64,000 nucleotides of DNA, from positions 135,298 through 199,297 of the forward strand of contig OZ239628.1 of the NCBI GenBank assembly GCA_965195345.1, given 5' to 3'. Positions within the stretch are counted from its first letter, which is position 1. Each line of letters begins with the position of its first letter. The position numbers and the translations under genes were made by a program. Under the pieces are notes generated by a model. It did not search any database. It was not told where the DNA came from and saw nothing but the letters and a program-made list of their open reading frames with translations. The DNA comes from an uncultured Thiomicrospira sp. (GTDB lineage: Bacteria > Pseudomonadota > Gammaproteobacteria > CAKMZV01). Positions 56,266 through 64,000 of this stretch are shown here, one piece after another.

Positions 56266-58060
56266 ATTAGAAGCTCTAAGCGCCTTTTCGCTATCAAATT
56301 TTGAATGGTTGCGCTCCTATTTCCTATGGGCGATTCCTGTTGCTTTTTTAGTGTTTTACTTAGGTAAGTCTGTATTAGAACAAGACCGTTTTTGGGAGTC
56401 ACGCCTGTCGACTGAAATGGCTACACTTCTTTTGACTTCAAATAAAAAAAAGAGTATAGGACTTCTTTGGCTATTTCTTGTTTTTTGGATAACGCTTGTT
56501 ATTTCTCTTGCTGGTCCAAGTTGGAAAAAAATTAACCTGCCAACTGTTCAAAGTAAAGATGCCTTATTTATAGTTTTGGATGCATCGTTGTCTATGTTAG
56601 CAACGGACGCCTCACCCTCACGATTTGATCTGGCAAAATTTCGCATCATTGATCTACTCAGACTACGCAACGATGGATCTTCTTCTCTAATCGTATATGC
56701 AGGTTCTGCTCACATTGTTGCTCCCCTAACTGATGATGTTAATACGATAATAAACCAACTCAACGCGTTAAGCCCAACGATTATGCCAAAACTTGGTTCG
56801 GAGCCAGACAAAGCGTTTGAGCTTGTTCTCTCTATGAGTAAAGAGAATGCTGGAGCTGGCAAAATATTATGGTTTACTGACGAAGCCAGTGAAAATGACA
56901 TAACTATGGCAAGCGCATTAATATCGGATTCCGACCTTCGCTTGATAATAATCCCGACCGGAACTCAAGAGGGTGCCCCCGTTCCTCTGCCTAGTGGCTT
57001 TCTCACTAACCCATCTGGGGGAAATGTCATTGCTCGAGTACCCCTCAAAAATATGAAGCGCATTGCACAAAATATAGGAGCAGACTTCATCCCACTCGCC
57101 CATTTTAATGACACGCTGATGAAGCAGCTCGTAGACGAAACTGGCGCCTTTGCAAAGCCAAACGATTCTAATCAAGCCTCGTCTCAACAACCGCTTGATA
57201 GTGGTTACCTTCTCGCACCCCTTTTACTGCTGCTTCTTTTACCGATGTTCCGTCGAGGTGTCTTGTTTGCCTTAATATTAACTTTCTTTATTCCTGATTC
57301 AAGAGCCGATGGTTTTTGGAAACGCCCCGATCAACAAGGATATGAGGCGTTTACTAATAAAGACTTTGATAGCGCGTCCAAGACTTTTGAAAACAAAAGT
57401 TGGGAGGCCTCTTCCCTCTATAGGCTTGGGAAATACGACTCGGCGGCAAAAATATGGACGAGCATGAAAGATTGGTACAATGCAGGAAATGCCTTGGCGA
57501 AGAAAGGAAGTTTTCCAGAAGCAATCGAAGCATACGAAAAAGCCATTGCAGAAGATTCTGAAAACGAAGATGCAAAATTTAACCTTGAGTTACTTAAACA
57601 GGCTCAGCAACAGCAAGACCAGCAACAGCAAGACCAACAGCAGCAAGACCAACAGCAGCAAGACCAACAACAACAAGACCAGCAACAGCAAGACCAGCAA
57701 CAGCAAGACCAGCAACAGCAAGACCAGCAACAGCAAGACCAGCAACAGCAAGACCAGCAACAGCAAGACCAACAGCAACAAGATGAGGGTGAACAAGATG
57801 AGGATGAGCAAGATGCAGAACAAGATGCAGAACAAGATGCTGAACAGGACCCAGAAGAAAGCGAAGAAAAAACGGCTGAAGAGCTGTTAGAAGAGAAGAA
57901 ACAAGAAGCCGCACGCCAAGAAGCGGCTCAAATCTATGAGCAATGGTTGCGCAAGATTCCTAATGATCCATCGCTTCTACTTAAAAGAAAATTTTTACAT
58001 CAATATAATCAACGTCGAGGACAACTTGATGAAGGAAGCTCAAATGGAAAAGCTTGGTAA
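56258..58060 (+). CDS. batB: VWA plus TPR protein BatB with QQQQD/acidic low-complexity insert
   Basis: VLDASLSM (MIDAS), WFTDEAS, TPR helices (YRLGKYDSAAKIW...YNAGNALAKKGSFPEAIEAYEKAI) and C-terminal IPNDPSLLLKRKF. The ATG at 56258 overlaps the batA stop. Confidence 0.85.
   Translation: MPELEALSAFSLSNFEWLRSYFLWAIPVAFLVFYLGKSVLEQDRFWESRLSTEMATLLLTSNKKKSIGLLWLFLVFWITLVISLAGPSWKKINLPTVQSKDALFIVLDASLSMLATDASPSRFDLAKFRIIDLLRLRNDGSSSLIVYAGSAHIVAPLTDDVNTIINQLNALSPTIMPKLGSEPDKAFELVLSMSKENAGAGKILWFTDEASENDITMASALISDSDLRLIIIPTGTQEGAPVPLPSGFLTNPSGGNVIARVPLKNMKRIAQNIGADFIPLAHFNDTLMKQLVDETGAFAKPNDSNQASSQQPLDSGYLLAPLLLLLLLPMFRRGVLFALILTFFIPDSRADGFWKRPDQQGYEAFTNKDFDSASKTFENKSWEASSLYRLGKYDSAAKIWTSMKDWYNAGNALAKKGSFPEAIEAYEKAIAEDSENEDAKFNLELLKQAQQQQDQQQQDQQQQDQQQQDQQQQDQQQQDQQQQDQQQQDQQQQDQQQQDQQQQDQQQQDEGEQDEDEQDAEQDAEQDAEQDPEESEEKTAEELLEEKKQEAARQEAAQIYEQWLRKIPNDPSLLLKRKFLHQYNQRRGQLDEGSSNGKAW
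57605..57784 (+). repeat. In-frame tandem repeat, 12 units of 15 bp (CAGCAACAGCAAGAC variants, encoding QQQQD)
   Basis: Read directly from the sequence; six consecutive units are identical (CAGCAACAGCAAGAC). Three or four 12-bp units (GAACAAGATGCA, encoding EQDA) follow at about 57806-57850. Confidence 0.95.
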
Positions 58061-58092
58061 TTTAACAACCCATTTATTTAATAAATAAAATC

Positions 58093-59697
58093 GTGAAATA
58101 TTTTATAAATTTAAAAATAATTTGTCTATCACTCTGCCTGTTTATTGTCAGCCTTAATGCTATGGCAAAAATTGAAGCAAAGCTGTCTTTAGGAATCGTA
58201 AATTTTGGAGAGTCTGTACAACTAACAATATCTGGTAGCAGTGATGGTTCGCCTGATTTAAGTGGGTTACAAAAAGATTTTGACATTGTCAATCGTAGCA
58301 AAAACTCGAGTGTACAGCTCATAAATGGCTCTTTTTCGCGCAGCCATTCATGGATTTTCGAATTACAACCCAAACGCATAGGTAAACTTGCTATACCAGC
58401 CATTTCTGTAGGAAATGAAAAAACGCAGCCCTTAGAAGTATTAGTCAACGAACCTTCAAAAACAAATCAGGATTTTGTATTGCTCAGTGAAGTAGATACA
58501 AGCACTCAGTACGTTGGCGGACAGATTGTTTATTCCCTCAAACTGCTTTATAGAGCATGGTTAAACGGACAATTTCAACTGCCAAAGATGGATAGTTTCA
58601 AACAAATAACTCTCGGAGAGAACAAGCGCTACAACACCGTTTATAACAACCAGCACTATCAAGTCGTCGAGTGGAGGTACGCATTAATACCTACAAAAAG
58701 TGGATCGTTTGAAATTGGAGCATCGGCTTTCAATGGCAAAAGCAGAAAAAGCGGATTACGTCTAAATAGCAAGCCCATCGCCATCGAAGTATCTCCTCAA
58801 CCTGCTGATTGGCCTAAAACTGTTCCTTGGTTGGCTGCTCGATCTGTAAAACTATGGGATGAATGGGAGCCCCGAACTTCGAATTGGATTGTGGGCGAGA
58901 GCATATCAAGAACCATCTATCTCGAGGTAGAGGGTGTTATGCCTGAACAGCTTAACAATATAGACTGGCCGTTGCCGGATAATCTGAAAATTTATCCAGA
59001 AAACGCCCAACGTAAGGCAAATAACACACAAAATAGCTTAAGAAGCGATTTAACCCAGAAGTGGGTAATAATTCCTGAAAAGCCTCAAACATTCAATGTT
59101 AATGAACTCGAAATTGTCTGGTGGGACATCGTCAATAGCACACGTGTAACAACGAAACTTAAATCAAGGCAAATAACGGTAGAAGCCTCTGCTTCACCTT
59201 TTTTGAGCAATGAGCCAGCGGCAATTATAAATGACGTTGTCATAGCAGGTTCTACCGTGAACGTTACAACGAACGACAATGCCGCCTCTGCTTCTGATTC
59301 TTATCACCCTGCCATGTGGTTCGCGATGGGTGCAGGATGGTTTGGTTGGCTTATGGCAGCCTTCTTATGGATGCGTAGAGAGAGAAAAGTAGTGAAGTCG
59401 AGTGAAGAAACTAATAGTCTTGATGAGGATGCTCTATACAAGGAAATCAAACTTGCTGTCCAAAACAACAACGGGCCTAAATCCTATCACTTAAGCCTGA
59501 GATGGTTGAAGAAAAACAAAGCGATTATTGATCCTTTGAAATATACGGCATTTGAAAAATGTTTGACCGGCTTGAGCGCACAATTGATAGCAGGCGAGAG
59601 TCCTTCACTGGATGAATTACTGTCATTGGTAGAGTCAATCTCTTCTCAGAAAATGACGCCTAAAAAAGCATCTAAGATACCCGAGCTGTATAGGTAA
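58093..59697 (+). CDS. batD: BatD-family (oxygen-tolerance) protein (GTG start)
   Basis: Signal peptide, a long beta-rich periplasmic region, a TM near aa 420 (MWFAMGAGWFGWLMAAFLWM) and a cytoplasmic tail. It occupies the last position of the MoxR/Bat operon. Confidence 0.75.
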   Translation: MKYFINLKIICLSLCLFIVSLNAMAKIEAKLSLGIVNFGESVQLTISGSSDGSPDLSGLQKDFDIVNRSKNSSVQLINGSFSRSHSWIFELQPKRIGKLAIPAISVGNEKTQPLEVLVNEPSKTNQDFVLLSEVDTSTQYVGGQIVYSLKLLYRAWLNGQFQLPKMDSFKQITLGENKRYNTVYNNQHYQVVEWRYALIPTKSGSFEIGASAFNGKSRKSGLRLNSKPIAIEVSPQPADWPKTVPWLAARSVKLWDEWEPRTSNWIVGESISRTIYLEVEGVMPEQLNNIDWPLPDNLKIYPENAQRKANNTQNSLRSDLTQKWVIIPEKPQTFNVNELEIVWWDIVNSTRVTTKLKSRQITVEASASPFLSNEPAAIINDVVIAGSTVNVTTNDNAASASDSYHPAMWFAMGAGWFGWLMAAFLWMRRERKVVKSSEETNSLDEDALYKEIKLAVQNNNGPKSYHLSLRWLKKNKAIIDPLKYTAFEKCLTGLSAQLIAGESPSLDELLSLVESISSQKMTPKKASKIPELYR

Positions 59698-59710
59698 TAG
59701 CTGGTAACGC

Positions 59711-61288
59711 TTAACTTTTAGGTCCAGCGGCAATTACTTCAGGTGAAACTTGATTGTGGAACTTTTCAAAGTTGCTAATAAATTGATTTGCCAGTTTTCG
59801 AGCTAACTTCTGATATTCCGCCGTATCTTGCCAACTCACTTCAGGGTTCAATAGCTCTTTAGGAACACCTGGACACTCGACAATCATATCTAAGTTGAAA
59901 ACAGAGTGCTTTTGTAGGCGAGCATTATCTAACCTACCTGAACGGGCTTCTAATACCATAGCGCGCGAGTATGCAAGCTTAATCCGTTTACCCACACCGT
60001 ACATTCCCCCCTGCCAACCTGTGTTGATAAGCCAAACACGCACATTGTTTGTGGCAAGTTTTTGTTTGAATAGTTCCGCATACCGCACAGGAGCTAAAGG
60101 GAGAAAAGGGCTGCCAAAACAAGCGCTAAAAGTAGCTTCAGGCTCTGTCACGCCGCGTTCAGTACCCGCCAATTTAGAGGTGTATCCAGATAAAAAGTGA
60201 TACATCGCCGCATCTGTGGTTAAACGCGATAATGGAGGAAGTATTCCGTAAGCATCCGCTGTCAAAAAGAAAATATCTTGAGGCGCGGTTGTTTTTCCTT
60301 CAATGCTCGCATTCTTTACAAAAGTTAAAGGATACGCAGATCGCGTATTTTCTGTCTTGCTAACGTCTGCAAAAATGGGGTTCTGATTTTCATCAAGAAC
60401 AACGTTTTCTAATATAGATCCAAATCGCACAGAAGCATCATAAATAACTGGCTCGCTTTCCTTCGCTAAGTTGTTTGTTTTCGCATAACAACCGCCTTCA
60501 AAATTAAATACACCATGTTCATTCCAACCATGCTCATCGTCCCCTACCAAAGTATGATCCAAATCAGCAGACAGCGTTGTTTTACCCGTTCCAGATAAAC
60601 CAAAAAACAAAGCACTTTTGTTTTTTTCGTCATAATTTGCTGAACAATGCATGGGCAATTGATTGCTCGCTGGCAATTCAAAATTCATTACAGCAAATAA
60701 GCTTTTCTTAATTTCTCCTGCATAGGCCGTGTTAGCAACCAAAACTAGATGCCGGGAAAAGTCCATAGCAATCATAGTATCTGTTCTGCACCCATGCTTT
60801 ACTGGATCGGCAACAAACCCAGGTAAATCAAGAACAGTCCAGAATTCATCTACATTTTCCCAAGGCTCTCGGACAAATAAATTCTGTGCAAATAAATTAT
60901 GCCACGCAAGCTGGGTAATAACGCGCACTGGCTTGTGTGATAACTCATCTCTTCCCACATACAGATCTTGGATATATAAGTCCTGATTTGATGCATAATC
61001 GCACATGTCTTGATAAAGTGTCTCAAACTTCTCTGGTTCTACAGGTTGATTAACAGGACCCCAATCCAAAAGATCTTGAGTCAATGCGTCTTTAACTACA
61101 AATCGATCTTTGGGTGATCGACCTGTAAACTTTCCAGTATCGGCAACCAACGATCCGTTCAAAGAAAGCTGCGCTTCATTGTTTTTTATGGCATGCTCAA
61201 TCAGTGTTGCTGGACCAAGATTATGACGCACGGCGTTCGGCGCAATTAAAGAAAGAATTTCTGAATTTCTGTGGGGTTTATCAGACAT
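59711..61288 (-). CDS. pckA: Phosphoenolpyruvate carboxykinase (ATP)
   Basis: GRSPKDRF, FFGLSGTGKTTLS, LVGDDEHGW, FNFEGGCYAK and NTGW.GG.YG.G.R. Confidence 0.96.
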   Translation of the reverse strand: MSDKPHRNSEILSLIAPNAVRHNLGPATLIEHAIKNNEAQLSLNGSLVADTGKFTGRSPKDRFVVKDALTQDLLDWGPVNQPVEPEKFETLYQDMCDYASNQDLYIQDLYVGRDELSHKPVRVITQLAWHNLFAQNLFVREPWENVDEFWTVLDLPGFVADPVKHGCRTDTMIAMDFSRHLVLVANTAYAGEIKKSLFAVMNFELPASNQLPMHCSANYDEKNKSALFFGLSGTGKTTLSADLDHTLVGDDEHGWNEHGVFNFEGGCYAKTNNLAKESEPVIYDASVRFGSILENVVLDENQNPIFADVSKTENTRSAYPLTFVKNASIEGKTTAPQDIFFLTADAYGILPPLSRLTTDAAMYHFLSGYTSKLAGTERGVTEPEATFSACFGSPFLPLAPVRYAELFKQKLATNNVRVWLINTGWQGGMYGVGKRIKLAYSRAMVLEARSGRLDNARLQKHSVFNLDMIVECPGVPKELLNPEVSWQDTAEYQKLARKLANQFISNFEKFHNQVSPEVIAAGPKS

Positions 61289-61492
61289 AATAATTAAAAT
61301 ATAGTGCGTAAGAAGATTAAGCAGCTATTATATTCTTTAGAAAGATTTAATCTACAACTTTCATATTAAATTAAGAAAGAAAAATTAAAGATAATCAATT
61401 GCTTATGCTCATGTTAAAGGCCTCATTATTTTCAATAATTAGAGCATTATCCAGAGCACTACCTTTGTAACATATTGCCCAAAAAAGACTTA

Positions 61493-62272
61493 TTACTCAA
61501 AACTGGCAGAACAAACGGGGCAAACAGGATCTTTTCCAATGCTCACGACGCGTATCTCCCAGCATAAGGTGTCGATTAACATGAGTTTCCCTCGTAATTT
61601 AGAAGATTCTTCTAAATTAATAAGCGCCTTAATCACCTCCACTGATTGCATAGAGCCCACAACGCCCACACTCGGACCCAAAACACCATTCGCTGAACAA
61701 GTATCTGCAGCGCTTTCATCAGAATAGAGGCACCGATAACAAGCTGATTGCTCATCACGAGAGTCAAACACACTCAATTGCCCTTCAAAACCTGCTACCG
61801 CTGCACTAACAAGAGGCGTTTTCCCTAACCAACAAGCTTGATTTACCATTTGTCTCGTCTTGAAGTTGTCGCTGCAATCAAGAACACAGTCAACACCCGC
61901 AATCAACTGACTTAAAAAATGTGTATCTACTTCCTCTTCGACTGTTTCAATAACAAGGTCTGAATTTCCCGCCATCAGACTTTCTTTTGCCGAAATCGTT
62001 TTATATTTGCCTATATCAGCTAATGAATGGATTGGTTGTCGATGCAAGTTAGATAACTCAACTCGATCGAAATCAAGCAACGTGAAGCGACCAACCCCGC
62101 ATGCCCCCAAGTATTGCGCCGCAACAGAACCCAGCCCTCCAAGACCAACAATCAACACATGGCTATTTTTTAAGACTGTTTGCCCTGCAATGTCTATTTT
62201 AGAGAGGAATATTTGCCTGCTAAAGCGAAGCAAATCTGAGTCGGTTAAAGAATGTTTTTCAAAACGCTTCAT
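61493..62272 (-). CDS. moeB: Molybdopterin-synthase adenylyltransferase (MoeB/ThiF family)
   Basis: RFSRQI, VLIVGLGGLGS, LLDFDRVELSNLHRQ, and CYRCLY plus CPVC zinc Cys pairs. Confidence 0.75.
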   Translation of the reverse strand: MKRFEKHSLTDSDLLRFSRQIFLSKIDIAGQTVLKNSHVLIVGLGGLGSVAAQYLGACGVGRFTLLDFDRVELSNLHRQPIHSLADIGKYKTISAKESLMAGNSDLVIETVEEEVDTHFLSQLIAGVDCVLDCSDNFKTRQMVNQACWLGKTPLVSAAVAGFEGQLSVFDSRDEQSACYRCLYSDESAADTCSANGVLGPSVGVVGSMQSVEVIKALINLEESSKLRGKLMLIDTLCWEIRVVSIGKDPVCPVCSASFE

Positions 62273-62799
62273 TTGAAGCGAATTGTAAAATCGCCTTGTG
62301 GTCGTATGAATTGCTGTCCAAGTCCTAATAGTGCATCAATTTGAGGGTTCGGTTGCTTTGTTTTTATGTTCCCCTCTAATAACGCCCCATTGCTATTGTA
62401 TTGAAGCTGTGCATCGAGTTTTATTGGGCTGCCATAGTCCTTCACTGTGACATTAATTTCTTCGGTAACATTTACATTAACAATGAAATTGCCAAAATTA
62501 ATTCCTGAAACATCAACTTGACTAATGAGCACTTCGTAGCCTATCGCCATATTTTTAAGAACCTCTGGTTTCCACTCCCATTCAATATTGGCAATAGAAA
62601 CCTGTACGAGAGGAAGCTCCTTCGTGCTAGATATAGAAGTTTGCCCATGCCAAACATTCCCTGTTGGAACCGTTACGCTTATGGGCTTTCCTGCTAAATA
62701 TCCAACAAGAAATTGTTCATATAAGAAAGCCGCAGGCATTTGTACAACCGCAGCGATCATCAATGATATGAGAAAAAACAAGCTTAGAAATATTTTCAT
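62269..62799 (-). CDS. gspN: Type II secretion system protein N-like
   Basis: Single N-terminal TM, VQMPAAFLYEQFL and GNVWHGQ (compare GspN G.LW.G). It lies immediately downstream of gspM with a 4-nt overlap. At 176 aa it is shorter than the GspN proteins I recall. Confidence 0.5.
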   Translation of the reverse strand: MKIFLSLFFLISLMIAAVVQMPAAFLYEQFLVGYLAGKPISVTVPTGNVWHGQTSISSTKELPLVQVSIANIEWEWKPEVLKNMAIGYEVLISQVDVSGINFGNFIVNVNVTEEINVTVKDYGSPIKLDAQLQYNSNGALLEGNIKTKQPNPQIDALLGLGQQFIRPQGDFTIRFK

Positions 62800-63293
62800 T
62801 GCCCTGCTGGTGGTAATGTGTCAGACATAGTCAACCTTACGTCAACATATCCCGAGCGTTCCGTTGCTGTGATTACTGCATCGAGAAGCGTCACCGAATA
62901 TTCAAGTTGTAAACTTACAATCCAATCATTGAAATCCAAATAAGGAATTTCTTTAAGCTGCACGACTGTATTGTCGTTGGAATCTTTAAAAATACGTTGC
63001 GTATAGCCACTAAGAGAGCGTTCAAGTAAAGTGGTTTCAACCAAAGTGGCTAAACTTTGTTGATTCGTAAGTCCTTTTCTATCGCTTAAAAGTTCGATAG
63101 CATTTTGATTTAACCACTGATTGAAAGAGCGCTCTTTTTGAAGTTGGTTTTGTGCTTTTGTCCTTTCAATCATCGCCGGCTCCCAAAACCATAAATAACC
63201 GAGCAAAATAACCACCAGTGGAGCGCCTCCAGCAAGAATAACCTGCTCTCTTTGTTGCAATCCTTTAAACCAACTAAAAATCTTTTCCATCAT
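62796..63293 (-). CDS. gspM: Type II secretion system protein M (start 63293, 63290 or GTG at 63305)
   Basis: WFKGLQQREQVILAGGAPLVVILLGYLWFWEP....R...Q is the typical GspM N-terminus plus TM. Length is about 165 aa. Confidence 0.8.
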   Translation of the reverse strand: MMEKIFSWFKGLQQREQVILAGGAPLVVILLGYLWFWEPAMIERTKAQNQLQKERSFNQWLNQNAIELLSDRKGLTNQQSLATLVETTLLERSLSGYTQRIFKDSNDNTVVQLKEIPYLDFNDWIVSLQLEYSVTLLDAVITATERSGYVDVRLTMSDTLPPAGQ

Positions 63294-63405
63294 CGTCGCA
63301 CGCACAATCTGCTTGAATAAATTACACTAATAATGGCAACCAAATGCGCATTTTCCCTTACAAAGGCAATCATATCGAGAAAAACTGCTCTGTGAAAGGA
63401 GTGTT

Positions 63406-64000
63406 TCATTTTAGCTCCTTACGTATACTCAAAGAGCTACTCACTCTATCCCCATCCTGAGACAACTCCTGAACCTTGACAGTTAGCCCCTGTGTTTTTT
63501 GGATTGCACTATTAAATGTTTCTGCTACAGAAACACTTGGCGCACTCACCCTGAGTAGCATCGAATAATTGCTGTACTTTATTGATTCAACCTTTATTTT
63601 TGAATTTGCCTTGAGAATAGGCACTCCAGCTTGAAGCAAAGCAATCAAGCTTGTTTCTCTTAATTTTTTCGCTTTCGAAAGCCGATCAAATTGCTGACTT
63701 GCCTGGGCTTGCGGGTTAACAATTCGGCGTATGTCAGGGAAAAGTTCCTTAAAACGTGCAGTATTAATTTTGCGTTGACTGATAACACTTTCTGCCAGTG
63801 CATTATTCTCTATTGTTAGATCACCAATATAAAAAGCCAGACCTAAAATTGATGCTGCAAAGCTTAGCCCCCATGGTTTTAACCACCGACCAAATGATAT
63901 CGTGTTACCAAATCTCCCTTGTAAAAGATTGCATTGAATTCCTTTCGTATTTGCTTTTTTCGCCAGATCACTCACAAAGCCATCGAATAAAACACAATCT
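63406..64000 (-). CDS. gspL: Type II secretion system protein L, C-terminal part (5' end outside the window)
   Basis: The frame stays open to the window edge (..DCVLFDGFVSDLAKK..). The NLLQGRFG motif is followed by a TM (WGLSFAASILGLAFYIG) and a periplasmic domain, as in GspL. Confidence 0.8.
   Translation of the reverse strand, partial: DCVLFDGFVSDLAKKANTKGIQCNLLQGRFGNTISFGRWLKPWGLSFAASILGLAFYIGDLTIENNALAESVISQRKINTARFKELFPDIRRIVNPQAQASQQFDRLSKAKKLRETSLIALLQAGVPILKANSKIKVESIKYSNYSMLLRVSAPSVSVAETFNSAIQKTQGLTVKVQELSQDGDRVSSSLSIRKELK

Noticed and set aside
57480-57914. ORFs 57480-57890(+), 57590-57835(-), 57594-57914(-), and the idea of a CRISPR-like array
   Set aside because: All are alternative-frame readings of the 15-bp tandem repeat inside batB. 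The repeats are contiguous without spacers, so this is not a CRISPR array.
1-64000. Mobile elements, integrases, tRNA-linked islands, toxin-antitoxin pairs, restriction-modification systems or known defence genes
   Set aside because: I found no transposase, integrase or recombinase motifs, no tRNA genes and no inverted terminal repeats by eye. The 14-25 kb accessory block has no obvious boundary repeats. Compositional analysis would be needed to test for horizontal transfer.

Overview
Dense, mostly housekeeping chromosomal segment from a roughly 40% GC gammaproteobacterium. This is inferred from gene content and order: hslU, ubiE-ubiJ, metK, hisBHAF, topA, alaS, clpB, recA-recX-dnaE-lptFG, gspLMN. 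I call about 58 CDS, one decayed pseudogene (dtd), one ncRNA (SRP/4.5S RNA), one in-gene tandem repeat, two candidate sigma70 promoters and one bidirectional terminator. I saw no rRNA, tRNA, CRISPR array, IS element, integrase or prophage genes. All protein calls come from reading the supplied translations for conserved motifs, with no database search, so start codons and family names are provisional.

The most unusual region is 14.1-24.7 kb. It holds a MotA/ExbB-type proton-channel protein with a long C-terminal tail and two tandem MotB-like single-pass proteins. Each MotB-like protein has the conserved transmembrane Asp and a degenerate OmpA-like C-terminus. A TolC-family outer-membrane channel follows, all tightly spaced on one strand. 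Next comes a 2026-aa RTX (GGxGxD nonapeptide) protein with its own near-consensus promoter. No ABC transporter or membrane-fusion protein is present in the window. I propose this as a candidate uncharacterised proton-motive-force-driven envelope machine linked to a giant type-I-secretion-type surface protein.

Other points of interest:
- a multiply disrupted dtd pseudogene
- a MoxR-DUF58-DUF4381-BatA-BatB-BatD operon whose BatB carries a 12 x 15-bp (QQQQD) tandem repeat
- a cytochrome c-cytochrome c-soxC-soxD-like operon
- a kexin-like lipoprotein protease
- an orphan prepilin-like gene
- several canonical operons that appear broken up: rplS alone, cmoA without cmoB, ubiE-ubiJ without ubiB, glcF alone
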